DNA of 64,000 nucleotides. Origin: a bacterium (GTDB taxonomy: Bacteria > Patescibacteriota > CPR2 > UBA1875 > JAJYID01). Position 1 is the first letter of the stretch. Each line of letters begins with the position of its first letter. The notes beneath the pieces are model-generated. The model saw nothing but the letters and a program-made list of their open reading frames with translations, was not told where the DNA came from and made no database searches. A program made the translations under genes and the position numbers. Shown piece after piece: positions 19,527-29,962 of this stretch. The stretch spans positions 18,742-82,741 of the forward strand of contig JAJYJC010000001.1 in assembly GCA_021796415.1 (NCBI GenBank), written 5' to 3'.

Positions 19527-20572
19527 AATTTTATTCTATCAACATAAGTTTTTACTTGATATAGCTTTTCTTCATTTTGAAGCCAACTGGTAAAGTCGTT
19601 AGTTTCACCTTTATAACCATCCTTTATGTAAACTACAGCATACATAACACCCTGTTTTACGTTATCTTTGCCTTGCCCCTCAACTCGTACCAGATAATAT
19701 TTATTTTTCTCGGGACTTAATGCAACTAACTGAGGTGAACTCTGAAAAACAGTAGTTACGTATTGTGTACTATTGTCAGCAGATGGAGGTGTTCCGTTTG
19801 GAGCCGGTGGCACCAGTCCTAGAGAAGCATCCTTTTTAAGTTCTTGTCCAAAATCCATTGTATAGGGGCGCCAAGCAGCTTCTCCAATCACAGGATCTGC
19901 CTTAAGTTTGGCTAATTCGTTGCTGTAATCTGCTGTACCGGCTTCAAGCCTTTGCTCAACCTTTGTGCAATAGTCTTTGGCATATGCTTCTTGGCTTGCG
20001 CGCTTCGCGGCTGCATCGGGTTTTCCTGACATGTCGCTCATGTCTGAACGATTAAAATAACAGTAGAGAGCATATCCTTCCCGCCAGCTTTGTATTTTCG
20101 ACTGAAGCTTTGTCTTGCCTATTTGAAGTTTCACGAAATTCCGATATGCACTTTGTGCTTCCCTTCCTACATTGTCATAATTTTTATATTTACTTTTGGC
20201 GGCAACGGTAATCTCCGAATCTGTAATTTGTATATTTCTCTTTGCCAGTTCTTTATCAATAATTTTTGAATCGATAACATCGTCAAGAATAGAACCTTTA
20301 ATATTATCATTTAAATAAGCAGGATTTTCTGGAGTGCCTTCATTTGTAGCAGCAAAAAGCCATGTCTTATATTCCGGCAAATGAATCTCTTGTCCGGCTA
20401 CCTCGGCTACAACGTCAGAATTTACAGGGGCTGCTTTTTTTATGAAAAATTGATAACCCAAAAAACCGCCGGCTACTAAGACAAGTGCTGCACAGACTGT
20501 CAAAATTACAGCCATAGTCTTTTTGCTGAACCGTTTTTGATTTTTTTGATTTTGGTTGTAGACTTCCGCCAC
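19523..20572 (-). CDS. Membrane-anchored SurA/PrsA N-terminal-like protein
   Basis: TM then VVAEVAGQEI...ILDDVIDSKII..E..KRNI. Confidence 0.55.
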   Translation of the reverse strand: MAEVYNQNQKNQKRFSKKTMAVILTVCAALVLVAGGFLGYQFFIKKAAPVNSDVVAEVAGQEIHLPEYKTWLFAATNEGTPENPAYLNDNIKGSILDDVIDSKIIDKELAKRNIQITDSEITVAAKSKYKNYDNVGREAQSAYRNFVKLQIGKTKLQSKIQSWREGYALYCYFNRSDMSDMSGKPDAAAKRASQEAYAKDYCTKVEQRLEAGTADYSNELAKLKADPVIGEAAWRPYTMDFGQELKKDASLGLVPPAPNGTPPSADNSTQYVTTVFQSSPQLVALSPEKNKYYLVRVEGQGKDNVKQGVMYAVVYIKDGYKGETNDFTSWLQNEEKLYQVKTYVDRIKL

Positions 20573-20657
20573 TACCCCTCCGAAAAATATGATATTAAGT
20601 TAACATAAGTATAACATTAGGATGGCAATGTTTGTCAATTCTTTTTTGCAACGAAAA

Positions 20658-20687
20658 CGGCCGCTTGCCCTGAAGGGCAAGCGGCCG
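20658..20687 (-). terminator. Rho-independent terminator
   Basis: CGGCCGCTTGCCC-TGAA-GGGCAAGCGGCCG with T-tract on minus strand. Confidence 0.8.
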
Positions 20688-20709
20688 CGTGGAGGAGAAA
20701 ACCGGGGAC

Positions 20710-22416
20710 TCAGTTTATTACGGTCCCCAGCACTTCATTGAAGTAGCCGTTCCACATCACCCGCTGGGAAGACATCACTTTAGCAGGCGTCCCTTTGGTC
20801 GGATCCGGATCTCCGGTCCAAGCCTGAACCTCAACCGGTCCGCCCATCACGCCGGGGAACATCGGTGTTACCTTGCCGCCGGCTTTGATAAATCCGGGAT
20901 TGTCGGAGGTATTGGGCTCGACAGCGCCGCCGACGATTATATGGTAATAGACATCATCGGAGGCCGAGGGATTGGCCACCAAAACCCAGTTGAGTGAACC
21001 GGGGCTTTGCTGGTCGTACCAAGTCCAGTGGTAATCACTGGATAAAGCCGAGGACGAGTAGCCGGGCACTTCTTCGAACGAAGGGCCGGCAATGACTCTC
21101 TGCGAGGCAATCAAATTCGGAGATGTTCCGGAACATGCCCCATACTGGTCAAAGACCGCGCTGCAGCTTTTGACCTCGACCGGCCCGCCCATCACGCCGG
21201 GGAACATCGGTGTTACCTTGCCGCCGGCTTTGATAAATCCGGGATTGTCGGAGGTATTGGGCTCGACAGCGCCGCCGACGATTATATGGTAATAGACATC
21301 ATCGGAGGCCGAGGGATTGGCCACCAAAACCCAGTCGGTCATCCCCGCACTCTGCTGGTCGTACCACGTCCAGAGATAATCTCCAGAAAGATCGCCAGCC
21401 GTTATGCCAGGAACCTCATTGAAGGCATTGCCGTAATTTGATAACACCCTCTGTGACGCCATGACATTGACAGGTGTTGTCTTGCTGCTGTCGGTCCATG
21501 CCTGGACTTCGACAGGACCACCTATTTTCCCAGGGAAGGTGGGGGTGATATTCTGGTGGCCCAGTAGCCATCCTGAAGAACAATTGGGTCCTGTACCGTG
21601 ATAGCATGCTGTTCCCGGATCCTGGCCGGCGATCGTGATTTCGTAATAGATCATCGAGTCGTTCGGGTTGGCTATCAACACCCAGTCGGTCATCCCTGAG
21701 CTTTGCTGGTCGTACCAGGTCCAGTAGTAGTGATCGGAGAGGCTCGATTCGTCTGTCCCCAACACTTCTTCAAGCGAGTTGCCTCCCTTGGGCCAGAGAA
21801 TGCGCTGGCTGACGATTCCTTTGTCTCCGGTCATAGACGATGCTGTGACCGGTCCACCCATAATGCCGTATCGCGGCGTGATGGTCTGTCCCGGACCGAT
21901 AGCTCCGCCATTGGGCAGAGCTTTATTACTGCCGGCAATGCTTAACTGGAAGTTAAGCGGAGCGGCAGCGCTAGCCGGATTGGACAGAAGTACCCAGTTG
22001 TCGCCACCTGCATCGTCGTACCAGGTCCACAGATAGTTCCGTACCGTTGGAGCGTTTTCGACATTAATAGTTACCTGGTTAGAAGAACAACCGCTTTGCG
22101 CGGGGACAAAATATTCGTAATAAGTCCCCGGGGTTGATGGCGGCGTTACACTATATGTAACGGGAGTGCTATCAAGTCCACCCCAGCCACCGCCTCCTCC
22201 CCAGCTGTTATACTCAAGATAAGCAGCTGAGGGATTTGAAGCCACCGTAATTGTAACTGACTGACCAGGGGCCACCGTAACCGACGGATTTGCTTCCGCC
22301 GTCGGTGCCGTAAAGGTCAGTGTGGGGCATGTAGCCGCCATCGCCGTTGAGGCGAAAGCAGCCAGAGCCATCACCGCAATGAGTGCGGCGATGAATATGA
22401 CGAATAACTTCTTCAT
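20710..22416 (-). CDS. Secreted repeat protein with four WTWYD...WVL.ANP...GGPV modules
   Basis: Signal peptide; internal repeats; visibly GC-richer than flanks. Confidence 0.8.
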   Translation of the reverse strand: MKKLFVIFIAALIAVMALAAFASTAMAATCPTLTFTAPTAEANPSVTVAPGQSVTITVASNPSAAYLEYNSWGGGGGWGGLDSTPVTYSVTPPSTPGTYYEYFVPAQSGCSSNQVTINVENAPTVRNYLWTWYDDAGGDNWVLLSNPASAAAPLNFQLSIAGSNKALPNGGAIGPGQTITPRYGIMGGPVTASSMTGDKGIVSQRILWPKGGNSLEEVLGTDESSLSDHYYWTWYDQQSSGMTDWVLIANPNDSMIYYEITIAGQDPGTACYHGTGPNCSSGWLLGHQNITPTFPGKIGGPVEVQAWTDSSKTTPVNVMASQRVLSNYGNAFNEVPGITAGDLSGDYLWTWYDQQSAGMTDWVLVANPSASDDVYYHIIVGGAVEPNTSDNPGFIKAGGKVTPMFPGVMGGPVEVKSCSAVFDQYGACSGTSPNLIASQRVIAGPSFEEVPGYSSSALSSDYHWTWYDQQSPGSLNWVLVANPSASDDVYYHIIVGGAVEPNTSDNPGFIKAGGKVTPMFPGVMGGPVEVQAWTGDPDPTKGTPAKVMSSQRVMWNGYFNEVLGTVIN

Positions 22417-22846
22417 CTTCTTCACCCTTTCCTTGTTTTTGTTTTTTTTGATTGAATGAATAAAGCTATATCTCCACAAGAAGAGTCTCCTCCGATCTCT
22501 TCTTGATTATTCTTATTACAAGGAACAAATCAACTTAAGTACATCTTCTTCCTTAGTATTGGACACTAAATAAATTTTATCCTTAAGCTGATTTGTTATC
22601 ATATCACATAAGCATTATTTTGGCAAGATTTTTTTGCTGAACCACATGCACTTTTTGTCATCCATGGATTTTTACTAGGAATTTGTGCTTTAAAATGATT
22701 CTGGTCAAGCCAGAATGACGCTATTGGTTTTTTTTATGAACGATTTTAAAAAGTGCACGTGAGTCAGATTTTTTTGATTGATTTAATGGCTCCTGTCAAT
22801 TATCTTCCGTTTGTGCTAAAATTAACTGGTTAATCTAAGGAGCTCT

Positions 22847-24013
22847 ATGGGCCTATCTATCGGAATAGTCGGTCTGCCGAATGTCGGCAAAAGTACGCTT
22901 TTCAACGCCTTGACAAAAAACCAAGCGGAAGCTTCAAATTACCCCTTTTGCACCATCGATCCAAATGTAGGCATTGTGGTGGTCCCGGACGAACGGTTGC
23001 AAAAGCTGGCTGAAGTTATTCCAACCCAGAAAATCGTCCCGGCAATCGTTGAATTTATCGATATTGCGGGAATAGTGAAGGGCGCAGCAGAAGGCGAAGG
23101 CCTCGGCAATAAATTTCTGGCCAATATACGCGAGTGTGACGCGATTGCTGAAGTCGTACGTGTATTTTCAGATACAAATATCACTCATGTGGCCGGAAAA
23201 GTTGATCCAACCTCCGACATGGAAACCATTAAAATGGAACTGGTGCTTTCCGATCTCGAAACAGTGGGGAAAAGGGCAGCCAAGCTGGCTAAAGAAGTAA
23301 AAGGCGATCCAAAACTCAAAGAAGCTTTGGATTTAGTCCAAAAAATTCAGACCGAACTTGAGAAAGGAAGGGCAGCCCGAGAATTGGATTTGTCTGAAAA
23401 AGATATCGAGAAAATTAAAGACTTAAACCTGCTTACTTTAAAGCCGCATATTTATATTTTCAATGTCGATGAAGAAAATCTTACCTCTCATGTCATTCCC
23501 GCGCAGGCGGGAATCCAGGACATTATTGGTATAGATTCCCGCCTGCGCGGGAATGACAAAGATGACAGAAATGACAAAAATAGTGGAGAAAATAAAGTCG
23601 CTCAAAATGACAACAACCATGTCTTAATTTCAGCAAAGATTGAATCTGAACTAAACGAGCTTTCCGAGGAAGAAAAGAAAGAATATCTTTCAGAGCTGGG
23701 ACAATCTGAGACGGGATTAAACCGGCTAATCAAGATAGGATATGATCTGCTTGGCCTCCAAACCTACTTCACAGCCGGAGAAAAGGAGATCAAGGCATGG
23801 ACCATTCATAAAGGGGACAAAGCGCCGCAAGCCGCCGGCGTCATCCATACCGACTTTGAAAAAGGGTTCATCAAAGCCGAGACTGTTTCCTGGCAGGATC
23901 TAGTTGAACATAAAGGCTGGGCAGGCGCTAAAGCGGCTGGCAAAGTCCGCCTCGAGGGCAAAGATTACACCGTCCAAGACGGCGATGTGATGGTGTTTAA
24001 GTTTAATGTTTAG
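22847..24013 (+). CDS. ychF: Ribosome-binding ATPase YchF with in-frame REP doublet
   Basis: [31 protein letters not shown] domain. Confidence 0.97.
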   Translation: MGLSIGIVGLPNVGKSTLFNALTKNQAEASNYPFCTIDPNVGIVVVPDERLQKLAEVIPTQKIVPAIVEFIDIAGIVKGAAEGEGLGNKFLANIRECDAIAEVVRVFSDTNITHVAGKVDPTSDMETIKMELVLSDLETVGKRAAKLAKEVKGDPKLKEALDLVQKIQTELEKGRAARELDLSEKDIEKIKDLNLLTLKPHIYIFNVDEENLTSHVIPAQAGIQDIIGIDSRLRGNDKDDRNDKNSGENKVAQNDNNHVLISAKIESELNELSEEEKKEYLSELGQSETGLNRLIKIGYDLLGLQTYFTAGEKEIKAWTIHKGDKAPQAAGVIHTDFEKGFIKAETVSWQDLVEHKGWAGAKAAGKVRLEGKDYTVQDGDVMVFKFNV

Positions 24014-24044
24014 GGAGATCGTCAATCCACTACTTTTTTCGCTC

Positions 24045-24400
24045 GTCATTCCCGCGCAGGCGGGAATCCAGCCTAAATAATTTCATTATACAAATCTCTC
24101 CATTCAGGATTAGATTTTTCGATTAGTCGCAGCTTCCATCTTCTTTCCCATTTCTTAAGCCGTTTTTCTCGTTTTATTGCTGCTTCAGCTGTCTGATGTT
24201 CTTCGAAGTAAACTAAAAGGTGCGTTTGATATTTATTACTGAATCCCCCAACAAGATCATTTTTGTGTTGGTAAACTCTTTTAATTAGCTCAGAGGTAAC
24301 CCCAATATAAAGAGTCCCATTTTTCTTACAGGCCAAAATATAAACCCAAAATTTTTTCATATCTCACAACTTTCTGGATTCCCGCTTGCGCGGGAATGAC
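24045..24400. mobile_element. REP-GIY-YIG-REP unit 3
   Basis: GTCATTCCCGCGCAGGCGGGAATCCA 24045-24070 and inverted copy 24375-24400. Confidence 0.8.
24073..24360 (-). CDS. GIY-YIG endonuclease
   Basis: FWVYIL..LYIGVT..RVYQHK..AIKREK..NP. Confidence 0.92.
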   Translation of the reverse strand: MKKFWVYILACKKNGTLYIGVTSELIKRVYQHKNDLVGGFSNKYQTHLLVYFEEHQTAEAAIKREKRLKKWERRWKLRLIEKSNPEWRDLYNEII

Positions 24401-24433
24401 GCTATCTCCCCATTCAAGTTCAGAATGACAGAA

Positions 24434-26509
24434 TCACGATGATAATTTATTGCTAATTCTCCCCACGAAAAACAAATATCCTATTCCTGCAAAACCGAGC
24501 GCAATACCGGTCCAGTCGATCCAACCGTACGTGAAATACAACCTCACATGATGCGAAGTGGGCACGACCATCATATAAGCAGGGGATACCAGATAGGGGC
24601 CATTTGCGCCCTGAGCTCTCCAGGTAGGAAAGTAAGATATTTTCACCACAACCGGTGAGCCGATTTTATCAGTATCGAACTCAATCGAATCATTAGTTTG
24701 TTTAATGTTGCTTATCTTGGCCGCCTCAAACTTTGAGTCCTTAGGCTTTAAGTTTGATAATATCGTTTCCTGGGCATTACTCTGGGCAAATACTATGGGC
24801 TTAGACGGGTCTGCATGCTCGTACCAATTAAACGATTCGTTTAACCAGTTCTTATCTTTCAGTTCCACTGAAAAATCTTCAATTGACTCAACCATTTCGG
24901 AATTTTTAACTTTATAAACATTAAAAGGGCCAACATCTTGTATTTTTTCAAGGTCGTGATTTGCATTTGCATCTTTTTTAATTAAATCAGAATAAGCCAC
25001 AAAGTAGCTAGCCCCAGACATTTGCAAATGTTTTACGCCTTTATCAAAGTCAAACGGCGGGTATTTAAATCCGGCGACTGCCGAGGTAGGCTTATCGGTA
25101 GTTTCAGCTTGGTTGACGAAATGAAACGGTCCGGTTAGCCCTGATTCTATCAAAAGCCCTTCATATGTCGGTTGGCCGGAAAAAACGGGAATAGTTTCTA
25201 GAATGCGCGGCGTCCCGTATTTATCATATTCCGGCCTATACTCCCACATCACCCTTCCTTTCGGTAAAGCGCCCAGATACTTGAAGAGGCTGTCAGCTTC
25301 GGGCCATGGCGATTTTGCTTCATAACCTTCAAAGTTCCACTTAAACCAAGCCGGCAGGAATGAGATATTTACCCTAACCAGAGCTACCGAAAGCCCGGAA
25401 ACGATTAGAAAAATCACCATCATCACTGCATGAGATTTCTTTTTCATAAATGCCAAGATGTCGCCGCCAAAGTACGCCGCCAAAAATATTATGGAAAATG
25501 AAATGTATGGCAAAAAACGAGTGTTCCAAACGGTCGAGTTGTTTAGGTGAAGATACACGGCAGAAGATAAAATTAAAAGCCCGAAAAACGCCAGCAAGCT
25601 TCTTTCCTTTTTGTAAATTGCCAAAACTATCCCTCCAATAGCCGAGACGACGAGGGGCAGCCAATAGGCTGGAAAAAGTTCATCCAATTTTATTTGGGCC
25701 ACCCATTGCATGGTGCCGCTATAGCCCTTATACCACACCAGCCCCAACGTCCAAAAAGCGCTAAGTAAAAATATCCCCAAAAATACAAGAGCCGTATAAA
25801 TGAAGTTGTTTTTATATTTGTTTGTCTGAAAAGGGAAAATTATGGCGATAGCTATCATCAAAAGCCCGGAAATTGGATGAGTCAAAATAACCGCGGAACC
25901 AAGTAGGATATTCCAAACGAGATATTTTTGCTCCCTTAAGCCTTTATACATAAGCCCGACAAACATAAAAAGAAGAGCAATACTTGCGGTGTGGGCAAAC
26001 TGTCCGGCGAGAAGCGAGGCCGCATTACCTCCATAAATAGTATATTTTTCCAGAAATATCAGAAACAAACTAAGCACGGCGCCAAGCTGAGGGACGGGAT
26101 ACTTTATGCCAAGCCACTTAAGCGACAAATAAAAAGCTACTGGAAAAATCAAAATACCGGAAAAAATGACAAGCTTGAAAGCTATATTTAGAGGGATCAA
26201 GAAGCTCAAAATAACGGTAACGGCATACAGAAGAGGCGGATAGAAATACAGAAAAGGAAATCCGCTGTACCAATCCGGCGACCACCATCTGATCCGGGGA
26301 AAGATTTGCTTTAGATAGTAGGGAATGTAGATATGGGAACCCGTGTCTCCGCCGGCCACATGGGTATTGGTAAAAACCAGGCCTACGTTAAACATAAAGA
26401 AGATGAATCCATAGGCTATCAGAAAACTTATAACCGTTAGGCTCGCTTCCGGATGAGTGGCAAAAAAATCCCAGACCCTTTTTAAACTTCCTCTGAATTT
26501 TGCTCGCAT
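24434..26509 (-). CDS. Polytopic membrane protein (PTPS-related / GT-C-like)
   Basis: GGDTGSH, WSPDWYSGFPFLYFYPPL; many TMs. Confidence 0.7.
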   Translation of the reverse strand: MRAKFRGSLKRVWDFFATHPEASLTVISFLIAYGFIFFMFNVGLVFTNTHVAGGDTGSHIYIPYYLKQIFPRIRWWSPDWYSGFPFLYFYPPLLYAVTVILSFLIPLNIAFKLVIFSGILIFPVAFYLSLKWLGIKYPVPQLGAVLSLFLIFLEKYTIYGGNAASLLAGQFAHTASIALLFMFVGLMYKGLREQKYLVWNILLGSAVILTHPISGLLMIAIAIIFPFQTNKYKNNFIYTALVFLGIFLLSAFWTLGLVWYKGYSGTMQWVAQIKLDELFPAYWLPLVVSAIGGIVLAIYKKERSLLAFFGLLILSSAVYLHLNNSTVWNTRFLPYISFSIIFLAAYFGGDILAFMKKKSHAVMMVIFLIVSGLSVALVRVNISFLPAWFKWNFEGYEAKSPWPEADSLFKYLGALPKGRVMWEYRPEYDKYGTPRILETIPVFSGQPTYEGLLIESGLTGPFHFVNQAETTDKPTSAVAGFKYPPFDFDKGVKHLQMSGASYFVAYSDLIKKDANANHDLEKIQDVGPFNVYKVKNSEMVESIEDFSVELKDKNWLNESFNWYEHADPSKPIVFAQSNAQETILSNLKPKDSKFEAAKISNIKQTNDSIEFDTDKIGSPVVVKISYFPTWRAQGANGPYLVSPAYMMVVPTSHHVRLYFTYGWIDWTGIALGFAGIGYLFFVGRISNKLSS

Positions 26510-27210
26510 AACGAAATTTTAGCATCTTTATAACTATGAAATCTAATCCTTATCAGGTCTCGAACAAAAAAGATGCCTTCTCGGAAGTTAAAATAGCTTA
26601 ATCTTTTCGGGTAATGCGATACGTCTAAAGTGACGGTTTGAATCTTGGATTGCGCTTGTTTGGCAAGAAAAAGCATCTCAACATCACTGGCAAATCCGGA
26701 TACGAAGGTTTTGGGGAATATTTTTCCAGCCGCCACTCTTGAAAAACCCTTGAGTCCGGCTTGCGTATCGTGGAACGGAAGCAAAAAGACAACTCTGATA
26801 AAAATGTGAACTATTTTTCGGGCAAATTTGTATGCAAGCGATCTGCTATATGCATTTTTCTCCGCTATAACCACATCCAAGGTCGGATCTTTTTCAAAGG
26901 CCAAGATAATATCTTTGATTCCGCTTGTGCCAAATGGCAGATCGGCATCGGTAAATATGACAATATCACCTTTGGCGGCAAGCACCCCCCGCTTTATAGA
27001 GTAGCCTTTGCCTCTATTTACCGTATTTCTTATGTATTTGGCTTGCTTGAATTTTCTTCCTGCACTCTTTGTTCCATCTGTGCTTGCATCGTCAACTAAA
27101 ATAACTTCGGCATCTGGAAAATTTTCCATAACGCTTTTCAGATTCTTTACTATGCTGCCTTCTTCGTTGTATGCAGGTATGATTATTGAAATCTTCATTT
27201 TCCCAGCCAT
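26482..27210 (-). CDS. Glycosyltransferase family 2 (Dol-P-sugar synthase-like)
   Basis: IIIPAYNEE, VDDASTD, FTDADL, DTQAGLK. Confidence 0.9.
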   Translation of the reverse strand: MAGKMKISIIIPAYNEEGSIVKNLKSVMENFPDAEVILVDDASTDGTKSAGRKFKQAKYIRNTVNRGKGYSIKRGVLAAKGDIVIFTDADLPFGTSGIKDIILAFEKDPTLDVVIAEKNAYSRSLAYKFARKIVHIFIRVVFLLPFHDTQAGLKGFSRVAAGKIFPKTFVSGFASDVEMLFLAKQAQSKIQTVTLDVSHYPKRLSYFNFREGIFFVRDLIRIRFHSYKDAKISLCEQNSEEV

Positions 27211-28028
27211 ATTAGAAATTCCTTATTTCCTTTCGCGCCCGTTATCGGCGATTCGGTCATGCCCTTTACTTTAAATCCTTGCTCGCTTGCAAAGGCTTTA
27301 ATGCCAGTTACTACTTCTTGCCTTAAATTTTCATCTTTTATAACACCTTTGGTTTTGTCGGCTTCTTTCTTGCCAACTTCGAATTGGGGCTTGATCAGTA
27401 AAACACATTCGGTCTTGTAATCGGCAATTTTTTTGATCTGGGGCATGATCTTTTTGAGTGATATAAATGAAACATCGCAAAGGAAATAATCTACCTGATC
27501 AACCGTCATTCTGGCTTGGCCAGAATCTGTGTTTTGATCATGGTTTTTTGATCCTGGACAAGCCAGAGCCTGTTCTGGTCGTAATCCAGAAATAACCCGC
27601 TTAGAAAAATCTTGCCAAGAATCAATATTACGAAAATTAGTCCGCTCCATCACAACGACGAGCGGATTTTCCCTCAGCTTTTGGTCAAGCTGCCCCCAAC
27701 CGACATCTATAGCATAAACTTTTCGAGCGCCTTTTTGTATGGCAAAATCCACAAAACCGCCCGTTGAAGCGCCAATATCACAAATTACCTTGTCTTTAAA
27801 GCACAACTGGAAATCTTCGTAAGCCTTTTGAATCTTTAAAGCACCGCGGGAAACATAGGGCAATTTTCCCTTTATCTCAATGTCAGAAGCCTCGTCAATC
27901 GTTGTGCCGGCTTTATCAATCCTCTGCCCGCTGGCAAAAACCTGCCCGCTCATAAGCAGGGCTTGGGCTTTGGTTCTCGAGTCAGCCAAACCCCTTTCAA
28001 CTAATAATATGTCGATTCGCTTTTTCAT
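27195..28028 (-). CDS. tlyA: TlyA-family rRNA methyltransferase with in-frame REP insertion
   Basis: S4 domain, YVSRGALK, DIGASTGGF, DVSFISL, KPQFE. Confidence 0.93.
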   Translation of the reverse strand: MKKRIDILLVERGLADSRTKAQALLMSGQVFASGQRIDKAGTTIDEASDIEIKGKLPYVSRGALKIQKAYEDFQLCFKDKVICDIGASTGGFVDFAIQKGARKVYAIDVGWGQLDQKLRENPLVVVMERTNFRNIDSWQDFSKRVISGLRPEQALACPGSKNHDQNTDSGQARMTVDQVDYFLCDVSFISLKKIMPQIKKIADYKTECVLLIKPQFEVGKKEADKTKGVIKDENLRQEVVTGIKAFASEQGFKVKGMTESPITGAKGNKEFLIWLGK

Positions 28029-28036
28029 TTTCAATT

Positions 28037-28440
28037 GTCATTCTGAACTTGATTCAGAATCCAGGGATTTCTCATACAAACCATCCCAATTTGGATTTAC
28101 GCCTTCAATCAAATCTAGCTTCCACTTACATTTCCAATTCTTAATTTGTTTTTCTCTTTTAATGGCCTCTCCTACGCTATTCGTTACTTCAAAATAAACT
28201 AGCTTATGAACCGGGTATTTACCAGTAAATGATTCTGATTTAATGTTTTTGTGTTCGTAAATTCTTTTTATTAAATCATTTGTAGCACCAGTATAAATAG
28301 TTCCGTTTCTTTGATTTGCTGTCATGCAAACATAATATGATTTAATTGCTTTTTATTTCTGGATTCCGGATCCACCTGCGCTAAAGCTACGGAGGGACAG
28401 GTCAACTGATTATATATTTATTGTATAGTCCGGAATGACA
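28037..28440. mobile_element. REP-GIY-YIG-REP unit 4 (probably decayed)
   Basis: GTCATTCTGAACTTGATTCAGAATCCA and interrupted TGGATTCCGGATC..AGTCCGGAATGAC. Confidence 0.75.
28038..28346 (-). pseudogene. GIY-YIG endonuclease, likely degenerate
   Basis: Frame reads I(ATT)KSYYVCMTAN: start ATG replaced by ATT and conserved Tyr by Cys; stop supplied by the REP. Confidence 0.65.
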
Positions 28441-28508
28441 AGGCGATTGCGTATAGTCAATGAGTGCGGAAGTCGTGTTTGATCAAGTTCAGAATGGCAG
28501 AGGAAAAA

Positions 28509-29069
28509 CTATTTAGCCCGTTCGACATATGATCCGCCACGGGTGTCAATGCGGATCCTGTCTCCCTTTTTTATGAAAAGAGGCACGTTCACTTTGAGTC
28601 CCGTTTCGATTTTAACAACCTTCGTTGCTCCGGTTGCCGAATCTCCCTTCAGACCCTTTTCAGCTTCGGTTACGGTAAAGTCCATTTTTATAGGAAGATC
28701 GATAGCAATAGCTTTCCCTTCAAACAGTTGCAGCTGGTAAGCCTCTCCTTCAATCAAATACTTAGACGCTTCACCGACAAAATCTCCGCTAAGCGCAACT
28801 TGCTCGTAAGTTGCCTGGTCCATAAAATTGAAATTGTCGCCGTCTCTATATAAGAATTGGGCTTTTTTTCTCTCTATCGACACTGGCGGGAATTTCTCCC
28901 CGCCGCGGAATGTCTTTGAAATAATGACCCCGGTCATTAAATTTTTTATCTTTGTCTTTAAGACTGCTCCGCCGCGGCCCATTTTGGAATGCTGATATTC
29001 GAGCACGACATATGGCTCTCCTTCAAATTCAAAGACTATGCCTGTTTTTAGATCTGTTATTCCGTACAT
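28509..29069 (-). CDS. efp: Elongation factor P
   Basis: HSKMGRGGA loop, KGD.A, VPLFIK.GD.I.IDTR.G.Y. Confidence 0.95.
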   Translation of the reverse strand: MYGITDLKTGIVFEFEGEPYVVLEYQHSKMGRGGAVLKTKIKNLMTGVIISKTFRGGEKFPPVSIERKKAQFLYRDGDNFNFMDQATYEQVALSGDFVGEASKYLIEGEAYQLQLFEGKAIAIDLPIKMDFTVTEAEKGLKGDSATGATKVVKIETGLKVNVPLFIKKGDRIRIDTRGGSYVERAK

Positions 29070-29159
29070 AATTGGTTATCGGGTAATTAGGTTAATAGGT
29101 AAGTCGGTAATAATTTTATCCCATGAACCGACAAACCGAACAACCCATAAACCCATCTC

Positions 29160-29402
29160 CTATCTATTCACAAAAGGAAGCAAAGCTATAATTCTTGCGC
29201 GTTTTATTTCAAGAGCAACCTTGCGCTGATGTTTAACGCAGTTGCCTGTTCTCTTTCGCGACTCTATCTTGCCATAGCCGGAAATGAACTTCTGAAGCCC
29301 TTTGACATCTTTGTAGTCAATTTTCAAATCCTTGTCTATGCAAAATCTGCACCCTTTTCTGGGCACAAATGTGGTTTGTTTGTCTCTAGAACGGTATGTC
29401 AT
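29160..29402 (-). CDS. rpsR: 30S ribosomal protein S18
   Basis: CRFC, IDYKD, GKI..R.RTG.C.KHQR. Confidence 0.95.
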   Translation of the reverse strand: MTYRSRDKQTTFVPRKGCRFCIDKDLKIDYKDVKGLQKFISGYGKIESRKRTGNCVKHQRKVALEIKRARIIALLPFVNR

Positions 29403-29859
29403 CGATATTTATCTCCTCTTCTTCCGCTTCAACTTTAGCGGATTCTTTGTCATCTTTTTTCGCTTTTTTGCTATCGGCTTTTTTCACCGCCGGTTTTTCA
29501 TCATCTATCGGGAAGTCGCCGCCATCACGCCTCGAATCAACAAAGGCTATGTCCTGGGCAACAATCTCGGTTTTTTGCCTTTTTGCGCCGTCTTGTCCTT
29601 CCCAGCTTCTGGTTTGGAGGCGGCCCATCACGTGAACCTTTCTGCCTTTTGTTAAATACTGGCTGCAGAGTTCGGCCAGCTTGCCCCATACAACAACTTC
29701 GTGGAATTCCACTTCGTCTTTTTTCTCGCCGTTTGCATCTTTCCAAGAACGATTAGTGGCTACCCCAAATGATGTTACCGGTTGGCCGTTCGGTGTGTAT
29801 CTAAGCTCCGGATCGCGCGTTAGATTACCCATTATGATTGCCAGGTTTACATTTTGCAT
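29386..29859 (-). CDS. ssb: Single-stranded DNA-binding protein
   Basis: GNLTRDPELRYT; C-terminal DDIPF. Confidence 0.97.
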   Translation of the reverse strand: MQNVNLAIIMGNLTRDPELRYTPNGQPVTSFGVATNRSWKDANGEKKDEVEFHEVVVWGKLAELCSQYLTKGRKVHVMGRLQTRSWEGQDGAKRQKTEIVAQDIAFVDSRRDGGDFPIDDEKPAVKKADSKKAKKDDKESAKVEAEEEEINIDDIPF

Positions 29860-29962
29860 GGCTTTCTCCTTTTGTCCTAGTAAACTAGGAACTTAGTTAA
29901 TTGGTTGATTAGGTTATTTTTATATCCCGCCCGAATTCCTAATTACCTAGGTACCTATGCAC

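Noticed and set aside
20840-21335. Diversity-generating retroelement TR/VR pair
   Set aside because: Copies are identical with no adenine-specific mismatches, and no reverse transcriptase is present in the window.
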